Part shown: piece by piece, positions 39,633 through 55,358 of the stretch | How the letters are laid out: each line of letters opens with the position of its first letter | How positions within the stretch are numbered: the first letter of the stretch is position 1 | NCBI GenBank assembly: GCA_951406725.2 | Contig: OX597835.1 | Span: forward strand, 47,864,001 to 47,928,000 | Reading direction: 5' to 3' | Source of the DNA: Octopus vulgaris | Lineage: Eukaryota | DNA: 64,000 bases | Made by a program: the position numbers and the translations under genes | Notes under the pieces: generated by a model | The model's database searches: none | The model's input: the letters and a program-made list of their open reading frames with translations, nothing else | Told to the model about the DNA's origin: nothing

Positions 39633-40104
39633 TGTGCGTGTGTGTGTATGTATGTATGTAAAAATTATTTCGACACAAACATTCATATATGTCTTTTAGT
39701 TTGGTTACCCTTCTTCATTGTATATCGCCATTCTCAATCATTTCCACTCATGGGTCCTTAGTTAATAGTTCTTACGTTATAGTTTGGAATGTAATGCAGT
39801 TGACATCTCTTCCAACTACTTCGAGTCAAAAGTAAAGAAATGAAGAGTAGCAAGAATACATTTCCTGTTATCGTGAAAACCATAATTGACCTGGGATTTG
39901 CACACATCCCATTCCCCGGTTTTTCTTTTTACTTCAAGAGCAAAAAATATTACGAAAACACAACGCAGAAGTGAAAACTAGATAAAACAAATATAACAAA
40001 AATAGGGAAACGGGAAAAACAAAATGGTGGCGAAGGCTAATAAACAGAAAGAAAATTGCAGAAATGAGACACAAAGAAAGGAACATGTATACACACACAC
40101 ACAA

Positions 40105-40146
<42 letters not shown>

Positions 40147-40255
40147 ACATATATACACACAAACAGATACACACACAGGTACACACATACACAGATATAT
40201 ATTTATACACATATTTATATATATACACGTATGTATGTGTATATATATGTATATG

Positions 40256-40293
<38 letters not shown>

Positions 40294-40377
40294 TATGTAT
40301 GTATATTTATGTATATATGTCTATATATATGTATATATGTCTATATATGTATGTATGTATGTATATATTTGTATATA

Positions 40378-40469
<92 letters not shown>

Positions 40470-40799
40470 CATACATATCTGTGTGTGTGTGTGTGTAAAA
40501 TATATAGCGCCCTCTATTTTCCTTGTTTATTCTTCTTTATCGGAATGTTTTAAAATAAGAATAGACAGGTACATTCGCGAATTTTCACAAAGCAAAATCG
40601 AAAGGAAATGGAAAAAGAGAACCAAAAAAGGGACAGAAAAACGCTTCATCAAACACACACACGCACACACACGCACGCACACACACACACATACACACAC
40701 ACACACACAAACACACACACACGTATGTACCTACGTACGTGTGTATATGTGCAGACATGTATATTCAGATATTCAGATATATATATGTACGCTTAACTG

Positions 40800-41045
<246 letters not shown>

Positions 41046-41164
41046 ACTGTGTGTATGCATGTATGCACATGGATATATATATATACATACACGCATATAT
41101 ATAAATATATGTATGTATATATATACATACACATATATACATATATATGTATATGTTGTTGATG

Positions 41165-41204
<40 letters not shown>

Positions 41205-41214
41205 TATATATGTA

Positions 41215-41287
<73 letters not shown>

Positions 41288-41818
41288 GTACGCACAAACA
41301 AACACACACACACATAAAGTTTGCTACCACAAGATCAACAATAACAGCATCTTTAACAAAACAGTAAGATGCAAGAATTACAACGATAGGTCTAACTAAT
41401 AATAACAACAAAAAAATGAAATAAAACACACACACACGTCCACACACACATACATACAAATAAGAGACCCACAGAGCCAACCTATTACTACTAAGACTAC
41501 ACAACAAGTTTTCTGAAAGAAAACAACGACACAAACTCGAAATCTTCACGAGCTGTTTGAAGGAATCGTAACAGAACCGGACCAAAGACCCAACCAGTGC
41601 GTGTATGTGTGTGACTGAGGGAGTGTATATGTGTTTGTGTATATACGTGTGTGTGTGTGTGCGCGCACGTGTGTTATAATGCATACAGAGACACACATAC
41701 GCATATATATGTTATATAAAATCCGTTCTGTCTGTGTGTGTGTGTCTTCTAGGATCTCGGGCATCCTCCATCCGATTGCGCTCAAATTTGATATGTACAT
41801 ACCGACGGTATCAGGGCG

Positions 41819-42045
41819 GCGGACTGGCAGAATCGTTAGCACGTCGGGTGAAATGCTTAGCGGTATTTCGGCTGCCGTTACGTTGTGAGTTCAAATTCCG
41901 CCGAGGTCGACTTTGCCTTTCATCCTTTCGGGGTCGATAAATTAAGTACTATTTACGCACTGGGGTCGATGTAATCGACTTAATACCTATGTCTGTCCTT
42001 GTTTGTCCCCTCTATGTTTAGCCCCTTGTGGGTAATAAAGAAATA
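41819..42045 (+). mobile_element. SINE B with 12-bp TSD
   Basis: TSD ggtatcagggcg at 41807-41818 and 42046-42057. Confidence 0.92.
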
Positions 42046-42319
42046 GGTATCAGGGCGTGTATAAGTCTTGAAAAAATTACAAAAATCGATTCCAGGTGAG
42101 AATGCGATCGATAAATTGAATAAAATCGTTTTACTTTGGAATAGAAAAAAAGTCTATCTTTATTTCTTCTTTTGTTGGTGTTTCAAATTTAGATTAAATC
42201 AGCATTTCTCAAAGGGGAAGCCTATGGGACGGTCGGACAAGTTGTTTTGAGAAAATTTGGTTTAAATGTTTGACAACTCAGCAGCGTCCATTGGACGGGG
42301 GGGGGGGGGCGTTTTGCTC

Positions 42320-42370
<51 letters not shown>

Positions 42371-42599
42371 TATATTCCACGTATTTTGTATGAGTCATGA
42401 AGGGCCGTAAGAGAAGACGAAAGAAAGGTTAATAAATAGTTCAAGTTACTTCTTTTTTTTTTATCATTCTCTTTAATTTATTTGTATGTTCTTTAATGTC
42501 TCTTTGTGGTTTTCGTTTTCAAAATATTCTCCTCCATTATTATATGAATCGAAAAATACAAGGGAGAAACAGCGAACTTTTGCACCGCTTTCTTTAAAT

Positions 42600-42872
42600 G
42601 GTGACGCGTGGCTGTGTGGTAAGAAGCTTGCGTTCCAGCCACATGGTTCCCAGTTGACTCTCACTGCGCTGCACGTTGGTCAAAGGACTTCTAGTTTAGC
42701 CTCAGGACCACCTAAGAGTTGTGAATGGATTTGGTAGAGGGAAACTAAAAGAAACCCGTCGTATGTTCTTGCGCGCGCGATTGCGTGCCTCTGTGTGTGT
42801 ATGTGTATATTGTAGCTCATCACCGCTTGATGACCGGTGATGGTGTATTTCCGACCCCGTAAGTTAGCGGTC
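42600..42872 (+). mobile_element. SINE A copy, 3'-truncated
   Basis: gtggctgtgtggtaagaagcttg head through ccccgtaagttagcgg. Confidence 0.8.
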
Positions 42873-43061
42873 AATTCCAAGGTGAAGTTGTCTATCGGTC
42901 GAACCTGGAGCATCACCAGGCCACATCACCCGATCCTCTGTTCCAACATCACCAATGTGGTTGGGATTTTTCCACCCGTATACTGCTGAGCGGGGGCTGA
43001 TGCAGTCAACCTCAAAATCACGGAGACACCCTTCATTAGGAGGAAGACTCCCAGCCTTAAC

Positions 43062-43150
<89 letters not shown>

Positions 43151-43186
43151 AATCTATGTCTCTCTATTTATCTATCAATCTATCTA

Positions 43187-43221
<35 letters not shown>

Positions 43222-43791
43222 GCCTTTATGTTTGTCTGTTTGTCTATCTTATAGAATTGGTTGCACGTCGGCAAAATGCTTAGCGGCATTCCATCTGTCT
43301 TTGTGTTCTGAGGCTTTACGTCTCATGCTTTCGGGTGCAATAAAATAAGTACCGTTTAAAGACTGGGGTCGATGAAATCGACTTAGCTAATCCCCGAGAT
43401 TGCTGGCCTTGTGCCAAAATACACACTCAACGCAACACAGAAACACTCACACATACACACATCTTATTCTTCAGTCATACATACAATCTCGTTCCAAAGT
43501 TGGCCTCCACTAAAAGGAGAAAGACGCGCGCGCACATACACATTCTATCATTCGGCCATATTGACACCTAATTCCTAAAAAAGAAACGACGCGCATACAC
43601 ACACTTCGCAAAGAGGAATAACACTCACAAACACACACACACAAACACACACACACACACACACAGAGTTTATTATCCACTCAGATAGACACATATCTGC
43701 CTTTCTAAAAGTGGCCCTCACTCAAAATATATAACATAGAAACACACACACACGCGCACGCACATGCACACACATACACACACACTCAAAG

Positions 43792-43825
<34 letters not shown>

Positions 43826-43985
43826 ACACACTCACACACAGACGCATGAGTAATTACAGTCATCATTTAAACTAACTTGAAATCATCTCCCAAAGTGGAG
43901 ATTCACTCCGCCAGGTTTGGGAAGTCATTTATTCTTCTAAACTTGACACTCTTTTCATACTTTTGCTTTTTATGTATTGTTGTTG

Positions 43986-44017
<32 letters not shown>

Positions 44018-44039
44018 GTTGTTGCTGTTGTTGTTGTTA

Positions 44040-44082
<43 letters not shown>

Positions 44083-44394
44083 CATTAATATTATTCGAGT
44101 AAGGCTTGTCATTCTTTGCTGTAATGTACGAAATATATGATATATTTTTGTTTTCTTCGTGTGATATCATTTCACCTACCAACCTATCCCTACAACAACC
44201 ACCATCACCACCATCACCACCACCACCAACACCGTCGCCGCCGCCGCTGACGTCTCTTCTTTTTATCAGTTTCTAATTTATCACATGATTTAATTTCCTA
44301 ACTATAAATCATCTTTTATTGTGATGTACGCGTCAGACTTTCTAAAATCCTTAAAAACGTTTTCGTAGATACTCAAATATACGTCAACGATAAC

Positions 44395-44460
<66 letters not shown>

Positions 44461-46079
44461 TAATAATAATAATAATAATAATTGCAACAAGAACAACAAC
44501 AATGCTCTTTGTTTTGGTTGTAGGTCTACTAATAACAGAGTTATCAAACCATAGAACTTACTTTCAACCACTCATAATTAGGACGAGGGTCTTTTATTTC
44601 AAATTCCTTCACTCTATTTGTTGTTGTTATTGCTATTGTTTTTGTTGTTTGTTTGTATGTTGCTACAGCCGTTCTTGTTTAGCCGTGGCTGAACTCTGAT
44701 CAGGCAGAGCTTTGACAAATGAAATTCCCTCCCGCAAACATTTGCAAGTGAGTTCTTTTAGAAAGGAAAGGATATACTTGGTGCCCTCATACATCACTAA
44801 TATGGCGGCCAAGGGTATCCTTTCCTTTTACAAGACTTTAGCGTATGCGATATGAGAGAAATTTAATCCTTTGTCTCTTAGTACCTTGAGTGACGCTGAA
44901 AAGGCTCCTTTGGTGGATCTCTATTTCTTGTTTTGTCACAAATTGGTGTGTTTCTTTGGGTCGAGGACATTCCGGCCCACAAACTCACTAACTTTAACGA
45001 CAATCTTGACGTTAACTGACACACACCTTTCGAACTTGTATTCATATAAAGAAGATATCGGCAATTTCATTAGATGGAAGGGATTCAGTAACAGCATGGA
45101 GATCTTGTGGACCACTTACAGACTGTATTCCTAAACGCCCGTCGTGTGTGAGAGAGAGTATGTATATATATATATATATATATACACACACATACACTCT
45201 CTCTCACACACACACGACGGGCGTTTATGAATACAGACTGTAAGTGGTCCATATATATATATATCCACACACAAACCCACACACACCACAAGTGTAAACA
45301 CATATACATACATACATGTACATATGTATGTATATTTACACACATATACATACAAACGTATATATATGTAAGTATGTGTGTGTGCGTGCGCACGTGCCTG
45401 TGTTTGTCCCCCACAACAGCTTGAGAACTGGTATTGATTTGCTTCCGTCCACTTAAGTTAGCGGCTCAGCAAAGAGGGTTCGATAGAGTAAGTACCAGGT
45501 TTTAAAAATGTCTTGGGGTAGATTCATACGACTAAAACCTCCTCAATGCGGTGCCCCAGCATGGTCGCAGTCTAATGACTGTAACAAGTAAAATATACAT
45601 GATAAATAAAGAGATGTTTGCGCTTTCACGTACCTTACAAAGATGTTGGGGTGTTAGTGACTAGCCACCCATCCCGCCGATGACCTATTGACAGCATTAA
45701 CGTCGTCGGCCTCCTGTAATCGTATTACACCTTTCAGGTACGTGGCATGGATATTTGTTTCCAAAGTTTCAGGAGACTCATTGACACATCAGTTCGACTG
45801 GTCCAGCGGAAACCCCGCAAAAGCCCTCACGATTAAGGGCACCTTGCCCTATTGCATTTTGCATGCAGAACGTTGACGTGCGGTATTTTGCCGCCTCTGT
45901 ATAGTTAAGAGGGGAGAAGCACATTTGATAAATTGCTCGTAGAAACCAATATATTAACGGGATGGTCCCAAATGGAGTGCCGTTGAACCATTATATCAAT
46001 GTGATGGTTGCGAATGGAATGCCTCTACACCACTATATAGTAGAGATGGTCACGAATTTAGTGCCTCTGACCAGTATGT

Positions 46080-46410
46080 GTCTGGGTTGTAAGAAGTTTA
46101 TTTCTCAACAACGTGGTTCCAAGTTCAGTTCCACACCGTGGCACCTTGGGCAAGTGTCTTTTACAATAACCTCGGGCCGACCGAAGCCTTGTGAGGGGAT
46201 TTGGTAGACGGAAACTGGAAGAAGCCAGTCGTATGTGCCTTTGCCTCTGGGTTTATTGCCCACCACCGTTTAACAACAGGTGATGTCGTGTTTACGTCCC
46301 AGTAACATAACGGTTCGGCAAAAGAGTATGATAGAATAAGTACCAAGGTTCAAGGTGGTGCCCCAGTATAGCCGCAGTGTAAAGTCTGAAACAATTAAAA
46401 AATAAAAGAT
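46080..46410 (+). mobile_element. SINE A copy lacking the expanded microsatellite linker
   Basis: 5' and 3' modules joined by a short tatgtgcctttgcctctggg linker. Confidence 0.82.
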
Positions 46411-46908
46411 AAGTAAGACTCCACATAGATTTGAAACTGTAACCCGCAGATACGAAAAGCATTGGACAGGATGATGTGGACAATGGATGGACATTAACAA
46501 AGATATCTTTTATTTATGGATATGCATTCGCTATAATTGTGCCATATGTCAGGCCCGAAATATGGCAATAAAATCGTTGAACCCTATTAACGGAAATATT
46601 ATATCTGTTAAATCCCACCTACATTTTAGCTCTTTCGCCCCTTCCATACATACATACCTTTCCATCTGAACATTTACATACACACACATACAGACACACA
46701 CATAGAGACAAATGATCACTCCGCTGCATGTATACATACATATATATAGGTGCGCATATATATATATGTATATACATATATATACATATGTATATATATA
46801 TGTATATATATGTAAGCACACACAAACATCACTTAAGCGGAATTATATCCAGTTATCCAAGCTAAACGTATTACACAACTGTAATGCATAAAGGTCCCTG
46901 AATAGATA

Positions 46909-46954
<46 letters not shown>

Positions 46955-46994
46955 CATACATACATATATATATATATATCATATGTATGGATAC

Positions 46995-47039
<45 letters not shown>

Positions 47040-47047
47040 TACATATA

Positions 47048-47099
<52 letters not shown>

Positions 47100-47977
47100 T
47101 GCATGTATGTGTATACGTTCTTACACACGTATCTGCTCTCACACATGCACATGCGCACAAAACGCAGACCCAGAAACAATCCAAAACACATATTAATATA
47201 ATATAATCGCCACCGACATCGACAACAACGCTAACCCCAATGGCGCGCTATCGGGGGTTCGGGCTTGATATGGCTGCCTTATATGAAAAGGTTAATCTGG
47301 AAGAAGAGAAAGAAAATAATAATAATAACAATGAAATAAATACAGATTAAAAAAGAAAGAACAAAACAAAAAGAAATTACCTCCTCCTTCTCCTCCCCAA
47401 CGTCTCAGTTCTGTCCCAGCTACCAAGCTACCAGTTTACCGCCACCAACTGCAAGAGCCATCGGCGCCTCCGTCTCTTTCTCTCTAAATGTTTTGCCACT
47501 GAGCGCGCGAACCCCCCACGACTAAGACTACTATAAACTATAAAGGGATCCATTTGTAGATCGCCTATCTGTTTCCTCCAATGGTTTGATGCCATCTCTA
47601 AATACATCGGCCTAATCGCTAATTGTTCAAGCCTTAAACGTATCATTCACTCTCCCTGTATCTGTGACAACTGTTTCCGCACCGAAATAAGAAACAACAA
47701 TCAAACAAAACAATAAAAATACAAAGGGGAAGAAAGAAAGGAAAACAAAACAAAATCGTGCATGGATAGAGAATGCGCATTCGCTTCGTGTGCATCCATG
47801 CGAACCAGCAACATCCATGCTTCTCCATAAACACGTGAATGTATAATTGTGTTTAAATATGGAGAGCTTAACCAATGTGTGTGTGTGTGTCTGTGTGTGC
47901 ATGTGCGCGTGTGGCTGTGGGTCTCTGTGTGTTAATGTAACTATGCACATATATACACCTATGTATGCGCTTATGTA

Positions 47978-48216
<239 letters not shown>

Positions 48217-48454
48217 AATTATATATACAGACAGAATATGTATTCATATATATATAGGTAGGTAAGAGAATACATGTATATATATATATATATATATATG
48301 TTATATATATGCGTGTGTGTGTGTGTGTGCATTTCTATGTGTATACATTTGCGTATATGTAATTATCCAGTTACTCAAATAGGTCTGTAATATTCTGTCA
48401 AAGTATTGCTGACAGCAAGCATGTCAATGCATGATCTATCTGTGGAGATATGTG

Positions 48455-48528
<74 letters not shown>

Positions 48529-48608
48529 TATATACATACACATACCTACACGCACGCACACACATTAATGCATACATACATACATACTTGTATATGTACA
48601 CTTATACA

Positions 48609-48654
<46 letters not shown>

Positions 48655-48736
48655 GTATGAATGTATGTAGATAGTATGCATGAATACATACTTGCATGAT
48701 CGTATACTTAAACGAGTCTATTAGTGAAGGTACGCA

Positions 48737-48787
<51 letters not shown>

Positions 48788-48833
48788 TACATACATACAT
48801 ACATATACATATATATATATACGTATATATATG

Positions 48834-48885
<52 letters not shown>

Positions 48886-50291
48886 TATATACATGCATGT
48901 ATATATATATATATGTATTATACATTGTAAACCCACACATAATATATATAATTGACTCTATGCTTGTATATATTTTCGTGACGTGTGTATATATGTGTAT
49001 GATGGTGTGTGTTTGTGTATGCAAGTATGTATGCATATGTGCGCATGTGTGTGTGTATGTAGCTATGTATGCGTGTGTGTGTGTGTGCGTGTGTGAATAG
49101 CACTGATCCCTTGTGCAGCGAGGTGGACAAAACAGTGTCACAAGGGGACTTAAGCAGAGACAGCTTTATATCGACTTAGGTGTTATCACCTCCTCTCCCC
49201 TCCTCCGCTCACACACACAAACACACGCACACATACACCGACACACAAACTCTCTCTCCCCCTTTCTTTCCTTCTTACTCTCTCCCTCTCTCTCTCTCTC
49301 ACTCTCACTCTCTCTCCTTATAGAGTTGGCTGTTCTCTGCTGTTATCTCCATTATTCCGGCCACCGTTTAATAGCCGGCCAATCTCTTCTTCCCCGCTAC
49401 CCAATCCCACGCCACCCTAACAACACCAACAACATCTACAGCGGTAGCAGCAGCAGCAGCAGCAGCAGCATTATAACACAACAACTGCATTGAAGACAAC
49501 AGCAATGACAACAACTTTTACTGCAACCGCGAAATTGGGTTCCCTTCCATCAACACCACTACTGCCATGACCCCCCCCCCCCCCCCACCAGCAAGAACAA
49601 CAATAACACCATCACTACTTCTATTGCCTCCAATACCTCCAACACCACCACCATCACCACCGCCACTGGTAACATCAAAAACACCATTTTATGGTCACAC
49701 AACTAATCTTTGCCAAAATTATTTGGTTTACATACCACCACCACCACCACCGCCACCACCACCAAACCATCACCACTGTCTCACCATCGCCACTACCAAC
49801 GTCAGCATCTCCACCACTACCACCACCACTATCTCAACAAGAACATCCATGATAATGCAGTACCCATTACTAAGAACAATAGCAACATCAACAATACGTT
49901 GTATAACCACTGCTCAACCACCACCACCACCAAAACCACCACCACCACCACCTGCAACAACAACAACAACGATAGAATGCTTAGCTAAGCCAACGATTAT
50001 GCACCTATGTAGTGGCTTCAGTTGCTAAAAATAGCAGTCAAACGTGCTTTAAATCACATCTCACCATCTTAGAAGCGGACACAGCATTCTCAGTACATAA
50101 GTTGGATGGTCACGAGTGGACCATCGGCTGGCCTTGGGCTGAACGCCTACTACAGAGTGATCTCATATCAAGATAAACAGCGCATGAACTTGCAGGTAGG
50201 GCCCATTCAGAATTTTCTTTAGGTCGAGTAACCCATCCCGCTCAAAAGGTCCCTGAATGAGGTTTGTTTAGGGATAATGAACAAAACATCC

Positions 50292-50840
50292 TACTTTGCC
50301 TTCGATCTTTTCGGGGTTGATAAAATAAGCCCCATTGAGCACTGAGGGTCGGCGTAATCGATTTAACCCTCCTCCAAATTGCTGGCCTTGTGCCAACATT
50401 TAAAATTAATATAAACAATAATTATATTAATTTTAAATGTTGGCACAAGACCAGCAATTTGCGGGAAGGGTTAAATCGATTACGTCGACTCTCAGTGTTC
50501 ACTGGGGCCTATTTTATCAACCCCGAAAGGATCAAAGGCAAAGTAGGCTTTGACGGCATTAGAACTCAGATATTGCAAGAAATGCCCCTAAGCATTTTGT
50601 TCGACGCGGTAACAATTCTGTCAGCTCGCTGCATTACTACAAACAATAATAATCCTTTCTACTAAATACAAATTTGTGGAGAGGGGACCCCAGTGTTTTA
50701 CTGGTACTTAATTAATCGACCCCGAAAAAATGAAAGGCAAAGTCGATCTCGACGGAATTTGAACTCAGAACTCAGCGACGGACGAAATACCGCTAAGCAT
50801 TTAGTCCAGCGTGATAACGATTCTGCCAGCTCGGCGCCTT
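50292..50840. mobile_element. Three diverged SINE B copies (one plus, two minus)
   Basis: Family B body at 50292-50405 (+), 50435-50630 (-) and 50650-50840 (-). Confidence 0.78.
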
Positions 50841-50994
50841 GGTTGCAAACACTAATAATAAGAATCTACAATGCAAGCCGACAATCACGTTTAAGACCCT
50901 AACACCATCATCAGGATTCCTGTTTGGATCTTCACCAAGATTACCCACGACCACAATACTACCACCTATACTAGAACCAGTTTGACCATAACCA

Positions 50995-51389
50995 GTTGAG
51001 CATGCCCCTTAGTGGCTGACGATATGTGCATCTCTGATCACAAGCAACGTAGTGGGGAAGCATTACAGCCATATGTTGAGAGTAATTCTTTCAGGTTTGG
51101 ATAATTCACTTCTGCAAACATGGGTGTTTTGTTCATTATCCTTTGTTCATTATCCTTAAACAAACCTCATTCAGGGACCTTTTGGGTGGGATGGGCTACT
51201 CGACCTAAAGAAAATTCTGACTGGGTCATGCGCTGTTTATCTTGATATGAGATCACTCTGTAGCGCACATATGGTTGTGATGCATGTGCCTGGTGAAACC
51301 TTATCAGACGGGTAGTCATGATGGGTATACTGGGCTTCGTATATCTGTATCGCAGTGTCACTTTGATGGAATGCGCTGCTCTCTCACTC

Positions 51390-51390
<1 letters not shown>
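50995..51390 (+). mobile_element. Retroposon 3' region ending in (AAT)n; partial inverted copy at 50150-50291
   Basis: 51140-51263 is the reverse complement of 50150-50291; ends gctctctcactc followed by (AAT)n. Confidence 0.6.
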
Positions 51391-51446
<56 letters not shown>

Positions 51447-51450
<4 letters not shown>

Positions 51451-51732
51451 TCTTTTATTGGCCACAAGGGCTGACAAAAATCAATTATCACATAAAGGGA
51501 CAAAAACAGGACGAAAGTTACAAAGGGTTTTGTCCGTTAAGCAGTTTAACAACGTAAATATAACAACGAAAACCTCCCAAAAGGGGGAGGCGTTACGAAA
51601 GGTTCCTGGTGAAAAAACCCATAAAAGCCAACGGGAGCCTGGTCAAAAGTGGAGTAGAGAGCCCCTTTCTCCTTTAATATTACCTTTTTAAATCACAGGT
51701 GTAACCTCAGTATGGCTCCTTTCATACTAGCC
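51447..51732 (-). mobile_element. LINE-like 3' UTR fragment inside (AAT)n
   Basis: Minus strand ends gcccttgtggcc-aataaaagaattt-(ATT)n, like the 13683-14140 element and the SINE B tail. Confidence 0.5.
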
Positions 51733-51814
<82 letters not shown>

Positions 51815-52075
51815 GTTGTTACTTCATATTTTGGCAGAAGGTTAAGGAAATGTTTTTAGAAAGGGTCAAGTTGATTACATGAATCCCGGTTCTTGAACGG
51901 TCCATTATTTTATCGACTACAGGAGGAAGAAAGGCAAAGTTAACAGATTTGAACTCAGAAGGTAAAGAAACCGGAAGAAATTCTGCAAAGCATGCCGGCT
52001 TTTTCTCATCATCATCCTCAACATCATCACCACCACCACCAACACTATAATCATCATCATCATCACCGCCACCAC

Positions 52076-52119
<44 letters not shown>

Positions 52120-52990
52120 CCACCAACATCACCACCACCATCACCATCATCATCATCATCATCAACAGCTGCAGTAGCATCATCAACAAGAACAACAACA
52201 GCAACAACAATGCATAATACTGCCACCATTAACAACAAACAAGCAATTCTGGAAGGTGGACAATGGCAGCAACAACAATGACTGGAAGTACATTGGCGAC
52301 AACAACAACAACAACAACAAGAAACAAAGGAAAGCGACATCGAGTTGTGCTTAACTGTCGCTCTCCCGCCCTTCCCTGGGTCTTTCTTCCCCAAACCAAA
52401 CATTGTCACCATTAATATCAACAACAGAATCCCCCCAAGCCCACCACCACTGCCACCCATTAATCGTGGGGCTGATGCTGTTTGTTGATATTTCACAAGG
52501 CCTCCGACCTCGCCTCCACGCCACCACCATCAGCACCGCTCCACCACCGTCACCACCACCACCACCACCGTTGCAAATACCACTTCAGTCACAACAACCA
52601 GCCTCACCACTACCACCACCACCACCACCACCACCACGATCACCACCACCACCACCACGATCACCACCACTGCCAACACCACCACCACCACTACGATCAC
52701 CACCATCACCACTACTAACGCTATCGTCGTCGTCGTCGTCATCATCATCATCATCATCACTACCACTACCATCACCATCATCGTCTCCAAACTCCACAAT
52801 AACCACCGTCACCACTACGACCACTACCACCAGCGCCCCCCCCACAGGCACCACCAGCAGCACTAGCACCACCGCTTATGCCGTCACCATCATCACAATC
52901 ACCATCACCAACAGCATCAGCATCGCTACCACCACAGACTGAAACCAGTACTAGCATTACCAACCTCACCACCAACATCCCCACCCCCAC

Positions 52991-53031
<41 letters not shown>

Positions 53032-54837
53032 CCTCCTTATATACAAGCATAGCACAACCAAAATACCTCCAATGCCACCAACACCACTCCCACCACTATG
53101 ACGTCATCACGATGACCAGTATAACCACTGAACTACCACCGTCATATCTGCCCTCCCCCCATACACACACACATCTTTGCCATCATGGAGCCAGCGCCAC
53201 CATCACTGCCATTAACACCGCTACCCCTACCACTGCCACCACTTCCACCACTACCACCACCACCACCACCACCACCACCACCACCACCACCGTCACTAAC
53301 GGCATCGACAACAACCTCATCCATGTCGCCACACGGACAAGATACCATCACTACTACAACCGTCACTACCACCACCACCACCACCACCAATATCTCCGCT
53401 ACTACCACCACCACCACCACCACCAGTAACAACTATAAAAATTACAGCATTCATCACGACTAATGACACACCACCACCATCACCACCACCCCGACCAACA
53501 CCACGACAACCATCAGTAACAACAACAACAACAACAATAACAACACTGTAATATTATTACTAGAAACACATTATCAACTTCACACCAAAAACCATTGCCG
53601 CCATCTTGTCTATTTATTTATCTATTTATCACATGACTCCCTGCCCTCACATCATACATTCACCATTACCACAACAACAGCAGCAACAACAAAACATCGT
53701 CGCCCCCTCACCCCCACCTCCACCACCGCATTATCTACACCTCAGCCTTCACCTCCACCTAAAACATAATCCTTTTTCTCACTAATAAAGCTATTATCTT
53801 CAATGACGGCTGACACACCGGTGACACTTATTAACATCTCTCCTTAACACTTACACATCTCCTCTTCTACATCCTCCTCTTCATCTTCCTCCTCCTCCTC
53901 CTCCTCCTCCTTCCCCTTCTCCTCTGATCACGACGACTACCACCACCACCACTACGAGCGTAACCGCCACCGCCACCGCCACACCCATCATCCCTATCAA
54001 CTCTCTCTGTCTCCTCCTTCTCCTCTTCCTTCTCGTTGCCTTCCTCTCCCTTTCATCTCTACTCCTACAACTCCTCCGCGAGAGAAAAGAGTGAGTTCGA
54101 TATGCGGTTGTTCGACATGCTAGAAATAGGCACTAAATTTCCTTCAAATCAAAACCTCTCTAGTTTTCGTGGGGGTGTGTGTGGAAGAGATGGGCTATGT
54201 CCAATGCCTAAACAGCAATATCAACAACAACCACAACACTACTGCCACCACGAATGTTTTGTTCTTATTTATCTAAGGCACGAGGGCTAGAAATTATGAA
54301 AGAATGAATGAGAGAAAGAGGGAGAGAGAGTGTGGAAGAGAGGGTGGAGGGAAACAGGCAGACAGAGAACACGCGGTTATTAAATCGACGTTTGTTATTC
54401 ACTGGTTAAGACCAATGGAAACCTAAGTTTTGCCGGCGACGAAAGGAAAATCCACATCAAGAACGACGTTGAGGCATTTGAGGAAGCATTTAGAGGTGAA
54501 TAGTGGGAGGAGGAGGAAGGAGGAGGAGCGGAATGGCGCGTGAAGTCAAGCCAGGCATTGACCAACGTAGGTCAGCTTGTTTGGATGTGGGTGTATGGTA
54601 TATGATCCGAAACAGCCAATGACCTCAGGTTACAACACTCCGATGTATCCAAGCATTGCTCCTGAAAATGTGTGGTGAACTAGTATAGGTATGCCTCTCT
54701 GTCTGTCTATATGTCTATGTATGTATGTATGTATGTATGTATGTATGTATGTATGTATGTATGTATCTATCTACCTATCTATCTATCTATCTATATATCT
54801 ATCTCTCTGTCCATCTATGTATCTATGTATCTATCTA

Positions 54838-54890
<53 letters not shown>

Positions 54891-54892
<2 letters not shown>

Positions 54893-55062
54893 GCGCAGGA
54901 GTGGCTGTGTGGTAAGTAGCTTGCTTACCAACCACATGGTTCCGGGTTCAGTCCCACTGCGTGGCACCTTGGGCAAGTGTCTTCTACTATAGCCTCGGGC
55001 CGACCAAAGCCTTGTGAGTGGATTTGGTAGACGGAAACTGAAAGAAGCCCGTCGTATATATG

Positions 55063-55134
<72 letters not shown>

Positions 55135-55358
55135 TGTGTGTGTTTGTGTGTCTGTGTTTGTCCCCCTAGCATTGCTTGACAACTGATGCTGGTGTGATAC
55201 ATCCCCGTCACTTAGCGGTTCGGCAAAAGAGATCGATAGAATAAGTACTGGGCTTACAAAAAGAATAAGTCCCGGGGTCGAGTTGCTCGATTAAAGGCGG
55301 TGCTCCAGCGTGGCCGCAGTCAAATAACTGAAACAAGTAAAAGAATAAAAGAATAAAA

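Noticed and set aside
47428-47690. Minus-strand coding exon after a pyrimidine-rich tract
   Set aside because: The would-be acceptor reads tttcgg rather than tttcag, and the peptide is unrecognisable.
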